64,000 bases of DNA from an uncultured bacterium (GCA_966243015.1 CBIMES010000001.1:143995-207994); one strand, 5' to 3'. Positions 9,281 through 19,008 are shown, numbered from the stretch's first letter. Translations and numbers: made by a program. The notes: generated by a model from the letters alone, not told the origin.

Positions 9281-9697
9281 ATGAACCACACATCGAACGA
9301 AGAGGGCGTCTCTCACGAGGGCGACAGGCCGATTCCCCAGAGCGATGCCGAATGGCGCGAGACACTTACCCCGGAGCAGTATTCGGTAATGAGGGAAAGG
9401 GGTACCGAGGCGCCGTTCTCGGGCAAGCTGGCCGAGTCTGCCGACGGGGTCTATCGCTGCGCGGCCTGCGGCAACGGGCTCTTCTCGGCCGACGCAAAGT
9501 TTGACTCGGGCACGGGCTGGCCAAGCTTTGACCAGGCTATTCCGGGATCAATCAAGGAGACGGTCGACAACAGTCACGGCATGAGCCGCGTCGAGGTGAC
9601 CTGCGCGCGTTGCGGATCGCATCTTGGCCACGTGTTCGATGACGGTCCGACGGACACGGGTATGAGGTATTGTATAAACTCGGTCTGCTTGGGATAA
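9281..9697 (+). CDS. msrB: peptide-methionine (R)-S-oxide reductase
   Basis: Two Cxx[28 protein letters not shown]. Confidence 0.97.
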   Translation: MNHTSNEEGVSHEGDRPIPQSDAEWRETLTPEQYSVMRERGTEAPFSGKLAESADGVYRCAACGNGLFSADAKFDSGTGWPSFDQAIPGSIKETVDNSHGMSRVEVTCARCGSHLGHVFDDGPTDTGMRYCINSVCLG

Positions 9698-9705
9698 TTG
9701 ATGTT

Positions 9706-10074
9706 ATGAATATCACCGAAGTAGCTTTTTCCTCATACGCAGTCGCCGATGTCGCCCGCGCGAGGGCCTTCTACGAGAAGACCCTTGGCCTCAAGCCGAC
9801 CAGCACGTTCGAGGACGGGGGCACGGCCTTCATCGAGTATCAGATCGGCCCGCATTATTTCGTCATCGGAAAAGGGGCCGAGGCCCTCAAGCCGGGCTCC
9901 GCGGGAGGCGTCGTCACCTTCGAGGTGGAGAGCTTCGACGAGGCGATCGCTGCCCTCAGGCGCGACGGCGCGAAGTTCGTCATGGGGCCCATCGATACGG
10001 GCGCCTGTCACATGGCCCTTGTGTCTGACCCAGACGGGAACACGGTTATGATTCACAAGAGGAAGTCCGCTTAA
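9706..10074 (+). CDS. VOC/glyoxalase family protein
   Basis: V.DVARARAFYEKTLGL...DPDGN. Confidence 0.85.
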   Translation: MNITEVAFSSYAVADVARARAFYEKTLGLKPTSTFEDGGTAFIEYQIGPHYFVIGKGAEALKPGSAGGVVTFEVESFDEAIAALRRDGAKFVMGPIDTGACHMALVSDPDGNTVMIHKRKSA

Positions 10075-10088
10075 ACACAATCAATTAT

Positions 10089-10751
10089 ATGAAAAAGGTT
10101 CTTATCATTGTTGGGATCCTGGCCGTGCTCGCGATAGCGGCCTATATCTACGTTACTCGCGCTCCCTCGCTGCCTTCGCAGGATGTGGCCTTGGCCACCG
10201 AGACGCTCGCTACCTCGTCTGACGCGATCGTGTACCGCATCTCTCCGGACAGGTCGCTCGTGAGGTTCGAGATCGACGAGACGCTTCGCGGCAATCCGTT
10301 TACCGTCGTGGGCACGACCACTCAGATCGCGGGCGATCTTGCCATCGGCGCCGAGTCAATCACACTCGGAACCGTCAAAGTGAACGCGCGCTCGTTTCAG
10401 ACTGACGACGCCCGGCGAGACGGCGCCATCGCCCGACTCATTCTCAAATCCGAGGACGCGGCGAACGAGTTCATCTCGTTCAAGCCAAAGAGCTTCGACG
10501 CGGAAGGCTCGAGCGTGGACGGCGACACCTTCACCCTGGTTCTCGACGGTGATCTCACCATCTCTGGCGTAACCAAGCCGGCGCGCGTGACGGCGATGTT
10601 CAAGGTGGGCGAGGCGACGATCGAGGGAACCTTCAAGTCGACTCTCAAACGATCAGATTTCGGCCTCGTCATCCCCAATATCCCTTTCGTGGCTGACGTC
10701 CCTGACCAGTTCACGGTGTCGGGAACCGTGGTCGCGGAGCGCGTGATGTAA
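10089..10751 (+). CDS. YceI family polyisoprenoid-binding protein, membrane anchored
   Basis: SLVRF, TDDARRD, GDLTISGVTKP, LKRSDFG. Confidence 0.88.
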   Translation: MKKVLIIVGILAVLAIAAYIYVTRAPSLPSQDVALATETLATSSDAIVYRISPDRSLVRFEIDETLRGNPFTVVGTTTQIAGDLAIGAESITLGTVKVNARSFQTDDARRDGAIARLILKSEDAANEFISFKPKSFDAEGSSVDGDTFTLVLDGDLTISGVTKPARVTAMFKVGEATIEGTFKSTLKRSDFGLVIPNIPFVADVPDQFTVSGTVVAERVM

Positions 10752-10790
10752 CGGCCTTCTCCTTGGATCGTACGGTGCTATACTGAACCC

Positions 10791-11993
10791 ATGAGAAAGA
10801 CACTCTCATGGGTTCTTGCTTTAGTGCTCTTGGCGACCCTTGTCCTGGCCGTCTGGTTTTTCGTGACCTACAAATCAGTCTCGGTGCCAAGGGCAGAGCC
10901 CGTCCAGTCGCTCTCCGATTTCTCGCTCCCCGAAGGCTTCACCCTGTCGGTGTTCGCGGATAACGTCCCCGACGCTCGCGTCATCGCCTTTGACCCGCAT
11001 GGCGTTATGCTGGTCAGCCAGCCCTCAGAGGGTAAGGTCTCGGCCCTCGTCGATGCCGACGGAGACGGCAAGGCAGAGCGTGTCGAGACGGTTGCCGAGG
11101 GCCTGAATCTGCCGCACGGCATGGCCTTCAGATGTCGCGACTCTGCCCGCCCTGACGCGTGCGAGCTCTATGTCGCCCAGAAGGACGCGCTCGACGTGTT
11201 CGACTATGACGCCGAATCAATGGTCGCCACGGGCAGGACGAGGCTTCTCGATCTTCCGGGAGGCAGCGTCGGTACCCACTTCACCCGAACGTTGCTCTTC
11301 ATGCCTTCGCCAAGCGAGGACACGTTGCTCGTGTCTGTCGGGTCTTCGTGCAATGTATGCGAGGAGTCTGACGTCCGTCGCGCTAAAGTCATCGCCTATG
11401 ACGTGGTTACGGGATCTACGACCGAGTTCGCCCGAGGTCTCCGCAACAGCGTCTTCATGGACATTCACCCCGTCACGGGCGAGATCTGGGCGACCGACAT
11501 GGGTCGCGACGGTCTCGGCGACGACACTCCGCCGGACGAGATTAACATCGTGAGCGAGGGAGGGAACTACGGCTGGCCCCTCTGCTACGGCAAGAACGTC
11601 CACGATACCGCCTACGACAAGAAGACGTACATCAGGAATCCCTGCATGGAGCCTCTCGAGACGCCTTCCCACATAGACATTCCCGCGCATTCCGCGCCGC
11701 TCGGCCTCGCCTTCGTACCCGAGGAGGGTTGGCCGGAGGAGATGTGGTACGACGTTCTCGTCGCCTACCACGGCTCGTGGAATCGCAGCGTTCCGACCGG
11801 CTACAAGGTTGTGCGCATGGCGCTCGACGAGCGCGGTAACCCGACGGGGGAGTTCGAGGATTTCATAACCGGCTGGCTGAGGCCTGACGGCAGCAAAATA
11901 GGCAGGCCCGTTGACGTGAAAGCGCTTCCGGGTGGCATTATCTACGTATCTGACGATGGAGCAGGAAAAATCTACCGAGTATCCAAAGACTAA
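10791..11993 (+). CDS. PQQ-dependent sugar/sorbosone dehydrogenase family beta-propeller
   Basis: LNLPHGMAF, VGSSCNVC, GLRNSV, GGNYGWP, HSAPLG, HGSWNR, GRPVDV. Confidence 0.88.
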   Translation: MRKTLSWVLALVLLATLVLAVWFFVTYKSVSVPRAEPVQSLSDFSLPEGFTLSVFADNVPDARVIAFDPHGVMLVSQPSEGKVSALVDADGDGKAERVETVAEGLNLPHGMAFRCRDSARPDACELYVAQKDALDVFDYDAESMVATGRTRLLDLPGGSVGTHFTRTLLFMPSPSEDTLLVSVGSSCNVCEESDVRRAKVIAYDVVTGSTTEFARGLRNSVFMDIHPVTGEIWATDMGRDGLGDDTPPDEINIVSEGGNYGWPLCYGKNVHDTAYDKKTYIRNPCMEPLETPSHIDIPAHSAPLGLAFVPEEGWPEEMWYDVLVAYHGSWNRSVPTGYKVVRMALDERGNPTGEFEDFITGWLRPDGSKIGRPVDVKALPGGIIYVSDDGAGKIYRVSKD

Positions 11994-12375
11994 GTTCAGG
12001 GCTCTCACATGGGCGCTTTTGGGCGTCGCGCTCGTGGGTACCTATGTTCTCTCTCATAGGCTCGAGAGCGGTTCCGGCAATGCCGCCGCGGTCTATCTTT
12101 CGACCGGCTCGACGCGCGAAATTACCCTTTTCACCGATAGGGTCGAGCCTCGGGCGCTTTCCGCGCGGGTTGGCGACGAGATCGTCTTTTCGATAGGCGA
12201 CCAGAGCATCCACAACATAGCCGAGGAAAGGCAGAGCAGGAGCGCCCCGCGACTCGAGTCCGGCGAGATCGGTCCGGGCGACAGCTACGTGGTGAGCTTC
12301 TCGGTGCCCGGTGTGGTATCTTTCTATGACCGCATGAATCTCGACCTGCGCGTAACCGTAACCGTCACCGAATGA
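11956..12375 (+). CDS. cupredoxin-like protein lacking the canonical Cys/His/Met ligand loop
   Basis: VGDEIVF, HNI, SGEIGPGDSY.VSF..PG, but FYDRMN where C-x2-H-x-M is expected. Confidence 0.7.
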   Translation: MEQEKSTEYPKTKFRALTWALLGVALVGTYVLSHRLESGSGNAAAVYLSTGSTREITLFTDRVEPRALSARVGDEIVFSIGDQSIHNIAEERQSRSAPRLESGEIGPGDSYVVSFSVPGVVSFYDRMNLDLRVTVTVTE

Positions 12376-13034
12376 TTTCAAATCCAGACCTTATCCTCGT
12401 CGACAAGCCCAAAGGCATCACGTCCTTTGGCGTCATTCGGCTGCTCAGGCGTGAACTGGGTGTGAGGAAGATGGGGCACGCGGGGACACTCGACCCTTTG
12501 GCCACCGGCCTTCTCATCATCGGCGTCGGAACGGGAACCAAGAAGCTCGCGGGTCTCATCGGCCTTCCCAAGACTTACGAGGCGGAGATTCGCCTGGGCG
12601 TGGCGACCGACAGTGGCGACGCGGACGGTACCGTCACACAAGAGCTTCCCGTTCCCGACCTTTCTGTCGACAGGGTTCGCGAGGTCGTCGAGGGCATGAA
12701 AGGGGAGCTTATGCTTCCCGTATCCATTTTCTCGGCCATAAAGCGCGACGGCGTTCCTCTCTATGCCTATGCCCATCGGGGCGAGAAGGTCGAGGCGCCG
12801 ATGCGGACCATGGTTGTCCGCGACGCGCGATTTCTCTCATACGAAAACGCCCTCGTGAGGGCGGTCTTCGACGTGTCGAGCGGCACGTACATTCGCAGCC
12901 TAGCCGAGGAGTTGGGCAGAAGGCTGGGTACCTGCGCCTCCATACAGAACCTTCGCAGGCTCACGGTCGGCGACTATTCGGTTTCCGACGCGCGAACCGT
13001 CAGTCTACCCACGGATGTACCTCGCTCGCGGTAA
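12372..13034 (+). CDS. truB: tRNA pseudouridine(55) synthase, short form without C-terminal PUA domain
   Basis: DKPKGITS, KMGHAGTLDPLATG, SSGTYIRSL. Confidence 0.95.
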   Translation: MISNPDLILVDKPKGITSFGVIRLLRRELGVRKMGHAGTLDPLATGLLIIGVGTGTKKLAGLIGLPKTYEAEIRLGVATDSGDADGTVTQELPVPDLSVDRVREVVEGMKGELMLPVSIFSAIKRDGVPLYAYAHRGEKVEAPMRTMVVRDARFLSYENALVRAVFDVSSGTYIRSLAEELGRRLGTCASIQNLRRLTVGDYSVSDARTVSLPTDVPRSR

Positions 13035-13689
13035 AGGTGTCATTCCCGGTAATCCTTCCAATCATTTTCACGCGCTCGCCGGTCTGGATGTCATATCCCT
13101 CGGGGAGGATGATGTCGTCGCCCGTGACGGTCCAAAGTACGGCGTTGGCGTCGCGGATGGTGAACGAGTCGTTCGAGTCCTTTGAGCGGACGACTCCTGA
13201 CAGGAGGCCACGGGCGGGATCTGACCAGTTCTCGGTGTTCGGGGCCACGATGTCGTTATAGAGGGGAATCCTGTTTCCCGCCACGCGCGAGAGATACTGG
13301 GCCACGTTGAGCGCGTAGACGATCGATCCCACGCCTATCGAGACGAGGACGGCGATGAGGGCGAACTGCTTTCCGCTCACCTTGTATCCCTTGCGGGTCC
13401 TTCTCAGGTTGAGGAAGGCGACGGTGCCGATGACGGCGCAGGCGACGACCCAGAAGACAGGGAAGGAGAAGAGCACCTTCTCGGAGGCCGAGAGCTCGAG
13501 CTTGGCGAGCACCGATACGTCGGTCGTGACGAGTCCGTAGATGATCATGCCAAAGCCGACGCCGAGGGCACCCACGAACAGGGTGAGGAGCGTCCAGCGG
13601 ATCGAGTCGCGCAGCTTGAAGTACTCCCGCGGTACCGGTTTGAGGTGCTCTGTCTTTATCTTCGCGAGTATTTTCTGTTCGAGTGTCAT
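13000..13689 (-). CDS. membrane protein, putative anti-sigma factor
   Basis: Three TM helices plus C-terminal OB-like domain; ATGA overlap with the sigma gene. Confidence 0.65.
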   Translation of the reverse strand: MTLEQKILAKIKTEHLKPVPREYFKLRDSIRWTLLTLFVGALGVGFGMIIYGLVTTDVSVLAKLELSASEKVLFSFPVFWVVACAVIGTVAFLNLRRTRKGYKVSGKQFALIAVLVSIGVGSIVYALNVAQYLSRVAGNRIPLYNDIVAPNTENWSDPARGLLSGVVRSKDSNDSFTIRDANAVLWTVTGDDIILPEGYDIQTGERVKMIGRITGNDTFTASEVHPWVD

Positions 13690-14306
13690 AGTGTTTTTGT
13701 TTCACCGTCATCAAGTCGACCTTTGTGATTCTCCGCCAGTCGCCGGAACTCCTTCTTTGCCCTGTGTATGAGCGTGGCTATCGTTCCGGGGGGCTTGCGC
13801 AGGATGTCCGATATCTCCTCGTAGCTGCGGTCGTCGAGGAACCGAAGGACGAGCACCGCGCGGTACTGGGGATCAAGCTCGTCCAACACTATTCTTACGT
13901 TCGTGCGGAGGAATCCCTTGTCGAGCTCGCCGGCGACGTCCTCGTCAGCGGCGATCGTCTCGACCAGAGTCACGCCCTCGTCGTCGTAGGCGGGATCGTC
14001 GAGAGAGCCGCCCGAGCGCTTCTTGCGTCGCAGGTAGTCGACGCTCTCGTTGTGGGCGATGCGGTATATCCAGGACGAGAATGCGAGGTCCTGGTCAAAG
14101 TCGTTGAGGTTCTCGTAGGTCTTGATGAAGACGTCCTGGAGGATGATGTCGGTCTCGTCAGGGGACGAGCGGGCGATACGCCTGACATAGCGCCGAAGGG
14201 GTTCCTGGTATTTGGCAATGATGCCGGCGAACTCGTCAGGGGACTCAAGGGATTTCCTGACCAGCTCGGCATCGAGCGCCTTGTTGCTCGTGGTCTCTTC
14301 TGCCAT
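13686..14306 (-). CDS. ECF-type RNA polymerase sigma factor
   Basis: QDVFIK, FSSWIYRIAHN..VDYLRR, region 4 SYEEISDIL..P.GTI...IHRAK; start set at MAEE. Confidence 0.93.
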   Translation of the reverse strand: MAEETTSNKALDAELVRKSLESPDEFAGIIAKYQEPLRRYVRRIARSSPDETDIILQDVFIKTYENLNDFDQDLAFSSWIYRIAHNESVDYLRRKKRSGGSLDDPAYDDEGVTLVETIAADEDVAGELDKGFLRTNVRIVLDELDPQYRAVLVLRFLDDRSYEEISDILRKPPGTIATLIHRAKKEFRRLAENHKGRLDDGETKTL

Positions 14307-14390
14307 TGGATACAGTATACCCTGTTTGGGAAAGGTTGGGGCGGCGCCGAGGGTTGCCTGTGGCAAATAATCTGCTATTATGGGGCGTAT

Positions 14391-14462
14391 TCCGGGATAG
14401 CTCAGCGGTAGAGCAGTCGCCTGTTAAGCGATTGGTCGAAGGTTCGATCCCTTCTCCCGGAG
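14391..14462 (+). tRNA. tRNA-Asn(GTT)
   Basis: Acceptor TCCGGGA/TCCCGGA, D arm GCTCAGCGGTAGAGC, anticodon GTT at 14423-14425, GGTTCGATCC; full CCA not encoded. Confidence 0.97.
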
Positions 14463-14561
14463 CCTAAAATATTGAGCGCCCGTCAGGGCGCTTTTGATTT
14501 TCGAAGGAGCCCTGGCAGGCGCGCGTTTCATCCGTAGTAGACCTTTGATATAATCATATCC

Positions 14562-15035
14562 ATGAAAAAGATATTGGGCGTCTCTTGCTTTTTGGCACTT
14601 ACGGCCGGGTCGGTAATGATACTTGGCGGAACCTGGGGCATCGTCTTTACGTACAAGAATGTCGCGAGGGAGCAGATCACGACGCCTGCCGACGCCTCTA
14701 TCCCGAACGCCCCCGTTCGCGGGCCGCTTACCCTGAAAGCCCAGGCTGATATTATCCGCCATCACGTTCTTGAGACAACGGGCGGCAAGACCTACTCTCA
14801 AATGCCGCAGAAAGTCCAGAAGGTTGACGAAAAAGGGGACCCTGTCTTGGACGAGAACGCCCAGCCTGTCATGGTTTCAAATGATGCCCGCAATATCTGG
14901 GTGACGGCGACAGCACTTATCACCGCCCTGAACCTCGGCATCATCACCTATGTGTTCTCAGGGTTAATCGTGTTCCTGGGTTTTGTATCTATTTGGACGG
15001 GCATTGCCTTTCGGGCGCTGCGAAAGGGTCTATAG
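14562..15035 (+). CDS. conserved-looking two-TM hypothetical membrane protein
   Basis: Two hydrophobic segments; own extended -10 box. Confidence 0.75.
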   Translation: MKKILGVSCFLALTAGSVMILGGTWGIVFTYKNVAREQITTPADASIPNAPVRGPLTLKAQADIIRHHVLETTGGKTYSQMPQKVQKVDEKGDPVLDENAQPVMVSNDARNIWVTATALITALNLGIITYVFSGLIVFLGFVSIWTGIAFRALRKGL

Positions 15036-15066
15036 GCATTGATATCAGGTCGTCAACGTACGTCAC

Positions 15067-15540
15067 GTGAAAAATTCACTCAAACTCATAACCGCGGTCC
15101 TTGTGTCGGAGCTCGCGGGCGTCCTCGGTTCGGCCTTTACTGTCTCGGCGATCCCGAATTGGTACGCGACCCTCGCCAAGCCGGCCCTCAACCCTCCGGG
15201 CTGGGTGTTCGGCCCTGTCTGGGTCACGCTCTATGCGCTCATGGGCGTCGCGGCATTCCTTGTGTGGAGGGAAGGCCTCGGTCGCAAAGACGTCCGAAAG
15301 GCCCTTTCTGTTTTCATTATCCAGCTCACCCTCAACGCATCATGGTCAATCGTGTTTTTCGGTCTGCAGAGTCCGGTGTGGGCGCTCGTGAATATTGCCC
15401 TTATGTGGCTCGCCATTGTGTGGACCATGATTCTCTTCTTCAGGATATCTAAACCCGCGATGTTTCTTCTTGTTCCTTATGTTGCGTGGGTGAGCTTCGC
15501 GGCTTATCTCAATTACTCCATATGGATTCTTAATTCCTAG
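15067..15540 (+). CDS. tspO: TspO/MBR tryptophan-rich sensory protein
   Basis: WYATLAKP..NPPGWVFGPVW..LY..MG, LNASWS..FFG, PY.AW..FA..LN. Confidence 0.95.
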   Translation: MKNSLKLITAVLVSELAGVLGSAFTVSAIPNWYATLAKPALNPPGWVFGPVWVTLYALMGVAAFLVWREGLGRKDVRKALSVFIIQLTLNASWSIVFFGLQSPVWALVNIALMWLAIVWTMILFFRISKPAMFLLVPYVAWVSFAAYLNYSIWILNS

Positions 15541-15676
15541 CCTCGGAAGAGGCGCTGGCGTCTGTTGCCGCGACCCGTTGTTGACCAAACTGGATTTGCG
15601 TACTAATGTGTGTTCCGGCATATGTAACGCCGTTCTTTACCTTCAACCATCAACAGCACCCAGGAGACACGTATCA

Positions 15677-16042
15677 ATGCGCACAAAGGAACTCAGGAAA
15701 ATCCTTCTTGACCATCACGCCCGATGCTCTCGAAAGCCTCGTTCATCCTTCACTATCGAACTGATGGCCGGCCTCGCGGTCGGAATCATCGGCTTCAAGG
15801 ACGCCGACGGCGAGAGGGGTATCGTCTTCGACAAGTCCGTCGTCAGGCTTAAGGGCAATTCTGTATTGAGGGATGACGGTCTCTCGATCAAGGGATTTCC
15901 GAGCGGCCTCGCCGGTCTCGTGGTCGTCGTCCTTCCGAAGGTCTCGACCTGGAATGAGTTCAGGGACATCGTCGATGGCCATATCGTCCGCAAGGACGGG
16001 TCGAGGATAGAGTGGCTCGAATCGGAAGTCGCTCTCGCCTAG
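15677..16042 (+). CDS. orphan hypothetical protein
   Basis: AGGAG upstream of ATG 15677, TTGACC promoter, downstream hairpin terminator. Confidence 0.65.
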   Translation: MRTKELRKILLDHHARCSRKPRSSFTIELMAGLAVGIIGFKDADGERGIVFDKSVVRLKGNSVLRDDGLSIKGFPSGLAGLVVVVLPKVSTWNEFRDIVDGHIVRKDGSRIEWLESEVALA

Positions 16043-16059
16043 TCTGTCCCTATCTATCG

Positions 16060-16130
16060 AGTCGCCCTTACGGGCGACTTTTCTTTGCGTGGGGTTTTGA
16101 AAGGGCGCCCGGCGTAAGCCGGGCGCCCTT
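16060..16130. terminator. two hairpin terminators between convergent genes
   Basis: AGTCGCCC ttac GGGCGACT TTT; AAGGGCGCCCGGC gtaa GCCGGGCGCCCTT. Confidence 0.75.
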
Positions 16131-16157
16131 CCTCATGAGACGTACGTCAGTAAAGAG

Positions 16158-17066
16158 CTAGATGTTCGATCCGTTGCCCCCATTTGTTCCGTTCGATGTG
16201 TTCGAGGCCGAGTTGCTGTACCAGACGCCGTTATACCAGTAGCCGTTCGAGGAACTGTTCGTTCCGGTGCTGCTGTTGCCTGTCATGCTGGATGCGCTTG
16301 TCGTTGGGTAGCTATACCACGCTCCGTTGTACCAGTACCCGCTGCTCGCGGTGGCTCCGTTGAACCCGTCGCTCATCGGGTCACCAGAGACAAAGCCGGT
16401 CACGCGTCGGGCCGTGGTGGTTGATGTGTCAGTGCTGTCCGTTCCCGTAACGCCTGTTGTCGTGGTGCTGTTCGAGGTACTGTACCAGACGCCGTTATAC
16501 CAGTAGCCGCCTTCCGTCGACGCGTTGCTTGTCGAGCTTGTCAGTCCGTAGGGGTAGGTGTACCAGATTCCGTTGTACCAGTATCCGTTTGACGTGCCTG
16601 TGTTCGGCGCGACGCCGGTGGGGTTCATTCTCTGCGTGATGGACTGGGCGAGGGAGTTCCTGGTGCCCACGTCGAGGATTCCCGTGACGGGCAGGCCTCG
16701 AGAGAGCTGATAGTGAATAAGTGCGTCCCTCGTTATCTCCCCGAAGTACCCTCGGGGTACGCTTGGGTCAAGGACAAGGTATCCGCCCTCGATGAGGAAT
16801 CCCTGGAGGTCGGCGACCGCCTGGCTCCGGGAACCGACCGTCAGGTCCCCGACGCCCGTGAGCCAGAAGCCGCCCTGTGGCGTGTATCCGGCCCATGTGG
16901 TCGCCGCGCTCGTCGTGCCGCTTCCGATTGTCGTTGAGTTGGTGGTGGTTGAGGTGAGGGTTCCGGCCGTCGACGTCTGAGCCTGCGCTGACGTGGCGGC
17001 AACGGTCAGGGCGACCGCCAGCGCGGCGACGCCCACCCTAACTGAAATTAATGTGCGATGTTTCAT
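16158..17066 (-). CDS. secreted peptidoglycan-binding-domain protein with four GYWYNGxWY repeats
   Basis: Signal peptide; PG_binding_1-like L..GS....V..LQ.FL...GYFG..T..A...YQ...GL..TG; Ser/Thr-rich linkers. Confidence 0.85.
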   Translation of the reverse strand: MKHRTLISVRVGVAALAVALTVAATSAQAQTSTAGTLTSTTTNSTTIGSGTTSAATTWAGYTPQGGFWLTGVGDLTVGSRSQAVADLQGFLIEGGYLVLDPSVPRGYFGEITRDALIHYQLSRGLPVTGILDVGTRNSLAQSITQRMNPTGVAPNTGTSNGYWYNGIWYTYPYGLTSSTSNASTEGGYWYNGVWYSTSNSTTTTGVTGTDSTDTSTTTARRVTGFVSGDPMSDGFNGATASSGYWYNGAWYSYPTTSASSMTGNSSTGTNSSSNGYWYNGVWYSNSASNTSNGTNGGNGSNI

Positions 17067-17212
17067 GGCTTTTTAAGTTATGGCTTATAAGCTCATTGTG
17101 GCGGGGATGCGCACAGCACAACCCGTCGTGCCACCTAGGTAGTACGACGGGTTCTCGATAAAAATTCAGAAAATGCCTTCCTCCGTCAGTTCATCTGTTT
17201 CCTAATGTTTTC

Positions 17213-18073
17213 CTAGATGCAGGCGCAGTAGTCGGTGTCTCCTCCCGAACAGGTGTCAACAGTGTTTGCGGGAATTTGGCACGTTATGTCATAAGGGACA
17301 GCAGCCTTTGTGCAGAAGTTAAATCCTGGCAGGCCACCGATGCCGCCGCCTCCGAACTGGGCGTATGCGCTAGGTATGAGGCTGATTTGAATCGTGCCAT
17401 TCGGAATTGACGCGGTTGAGACGCCGGTGCACGCGTTCGCGAACGATCCGTCCCCGCCCGCTATCCAGCAGCTTGAGGTTGCGGGGCCGTATATGCGGCA
17501 GAACTGGGCGGCGAAGCCCCCGTCCTCTCTGAACACGGCTTTTCCGGGGCCCTCTTCGGCCTCGATATAACTTCCCGTGCTCATGGTGTTCACGCACGAG
17601 GTATAGGGTGCAGGAACGATAGGGCAATAGCTCTTGGCGCTCGCCGCCATGGGCAGGGAGGTCGGGGTGACGAGCTCGGCGCCGAACGCCGCCGACTCGG
17701 CCGCCGCGTCCGCGTAGTACACGTACGAGTCGTCCTTGCTGTTGGGGATTGCCGAGATGTACCCTTCGTTTACGAGCTCCTGCATGCTTGCGTTGAAGGC
17801 CTGGGTGCCCTCGCGGGCGATTGAGTCACCGGTTCCTCCCGCGCAGTACGAGCCGCCGCAGTTGTAGTTCCTCGGCACCTTGCCGGTGGCCGTCTTCTTC
17901 ACAGATATCGCCGTCTCTATCTGGTGCACCTGGCTTTTCTTGCTCGCGTCGTCCGCCTTGGCCCTCGCTGACGCGGTTGAATACATGGCGACGCTCGAGA
18001 TGAGTGACACGATCGAGACTACGACGAGGAGCTCGATGAGGGTGAAGGCCCGATGCGCGGTGTTCGGATTCAT
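17213..18073 (-). CDS. type IV pilin-like protein, Cys-rich C-terminal domain
   Basis: [12 protein letters not shown] prepilin motif; 12 Cys. Confidence 0.85.
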   Translation of the reverse strand: MNPNTAHRAFTLIELLVVVSIVSLISSVAMYSTASARAKADDASKKSQVHQIETAISVKKTATGKVPRNYNCGGSYCAGGTGDSIAREGTQAFNASMQELVNEGYISAIPNSKDDSYVYYADAAAESAAFGAELVTPTSLPMAASAKSYCPIVPAPYTSCVNTMSTGSYIEAEEGPGKAVFREDGGFAAQFCRIYGPATSSCWIAGGDGSFANACTGVSTASIPNGTIQISLIPSAYAQFGGGGIGGLPGFNFCTKAAVPYDITCQIPANTVDTCSGGDTDYCACI

Positions 18074-18077
18074 GTTC

Positions 18078-18308
18078 TTAGGGGGTTACGGGGCTTTTAA
18101 CGTAATACGTGAGAAGGAGGAAGATGATAGTGCCCAAGAGGCAGAGGGCCGAGAGGGCGCCGAGCAGGACGCGGAACCACCGCAAAGGGACTTTGGTGTG
18201 CGACAGCATCCATTCCTCGGTGCCCGACTTGGTGTCCGCGACTTTTGCCACCCTGTCTTTCTCGACTATCGGGTCATCGAATTCGACGCCTTCTATGTTG
18301 AGAGTCAT
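18078..18308 (-). CDS. small membrane protein
   Basis: MTLNIEG... with C-terminal TM helix; TATTAT-N6-ATG; ends 4 nt before the pilin start. Confidence 0.6.
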   Translation of the reverse strand: MTLNIEGVEFDDPIVEKDRVAKVADTKSGTEEWMLSHTKVPLRWFRVLLGALSALCLLGTIIFLLLTYYVKSPVTP

Positions 18309-18366
18309 ACCCTCATAATATCCTATTGCGCGCATATGCAAAAGCCGCCTTTCGGCGGCTTGGTCG

Positions 18367-19008
18367 CTATGATCTGACCTCGATGACCTCATTGGTTGAT
18401 CGGCGTGCCTTGGGCAAGGAGGCGTAGGAATCATCGCCGCGGTAGCCGACGGCGAGCATGGTTGTCGAGGCGAGATTCTCTTTCTCGAGACCAAGAATCT
18501 CATCAACCTTCTTCGAGTCAAAGCCTTCCATCGGTCCGGTGTCGATACCCATGAGCGCGGCCGTCTCGATCATTATTCCCAGCGGTATGTAGGTCTGGCC
18601 GGCGAGCCATCGGTCCATGACGGCGGGATTGCCAGCGAACGCCGCGATGCCGCCCTCTGCCATGGCCTTCAGGCCGGCCAGGTCAGACTCCTGTTTTCCC
18701 TGGGCCTTGGCCGTGCGGGTTATGAGCTCGCCGGGCAGGGAAGGGGCATCGGTTCTGCGGGCGATGACGACGAGGTGGGAGGCGTCGGTCACCTTGGTCT
18801 GGTCCCAGCTTACCGCCCTGATCTTGGCGCGGAGCCCTGGGTTTTCCACGACGATGAATTTCCACGGCTCGAGGCCGATGGTACTCGGCGCGAGGCGGCC
18901 GCTCTCGAGAATGGCCGCCAGGTCGGCGTCGGACACCTTTTTGTTCGGGTCGAAGGTTTTTACGGCGTATCGCCAGTTCAAGGCCTTGATGATTTCCTGA
19001 TTCTTCAT
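18367..19008 (-). CDS. NAD(P)H-dependent nitroreductase (NfsB-like)
   Basis: WRYAVKTFD, RLAPS..GLEPWKF, GIDTGPMEGFD. Confidence 0.93.
   Translation of the reverse strand: MKNQEIIKALNWRYAVKTFDPNKKVSDADLAAILESGRLAPSTIGLEPWKFIVVENPGLRAKIRAVSWDQTKVTDASHLVVIARRTDAPSLPGELITRTAKAQGKQESDLAGLKAMAEGGIAAFAGNPAVMDRWLAGQTYIPLGIMIETAALMGIDTGPMEGFDSKKVDEILGLEKENLASTTMLAVGYRGDDSYASLPKARRSTNEVIEVRS

Noticed and set aside
14391-14500. tRNA-Asn as an integration site
   Set aside because: I found no duplicate of its 3' end and no integrase in the window.
17120-17153. Hairpin AACCCGTCGT...ACGACGGGTT as an ncRNA
   Set aside because: A single stem between the pilin and the next gene, adequately explained as a terminator or processing hairpin.
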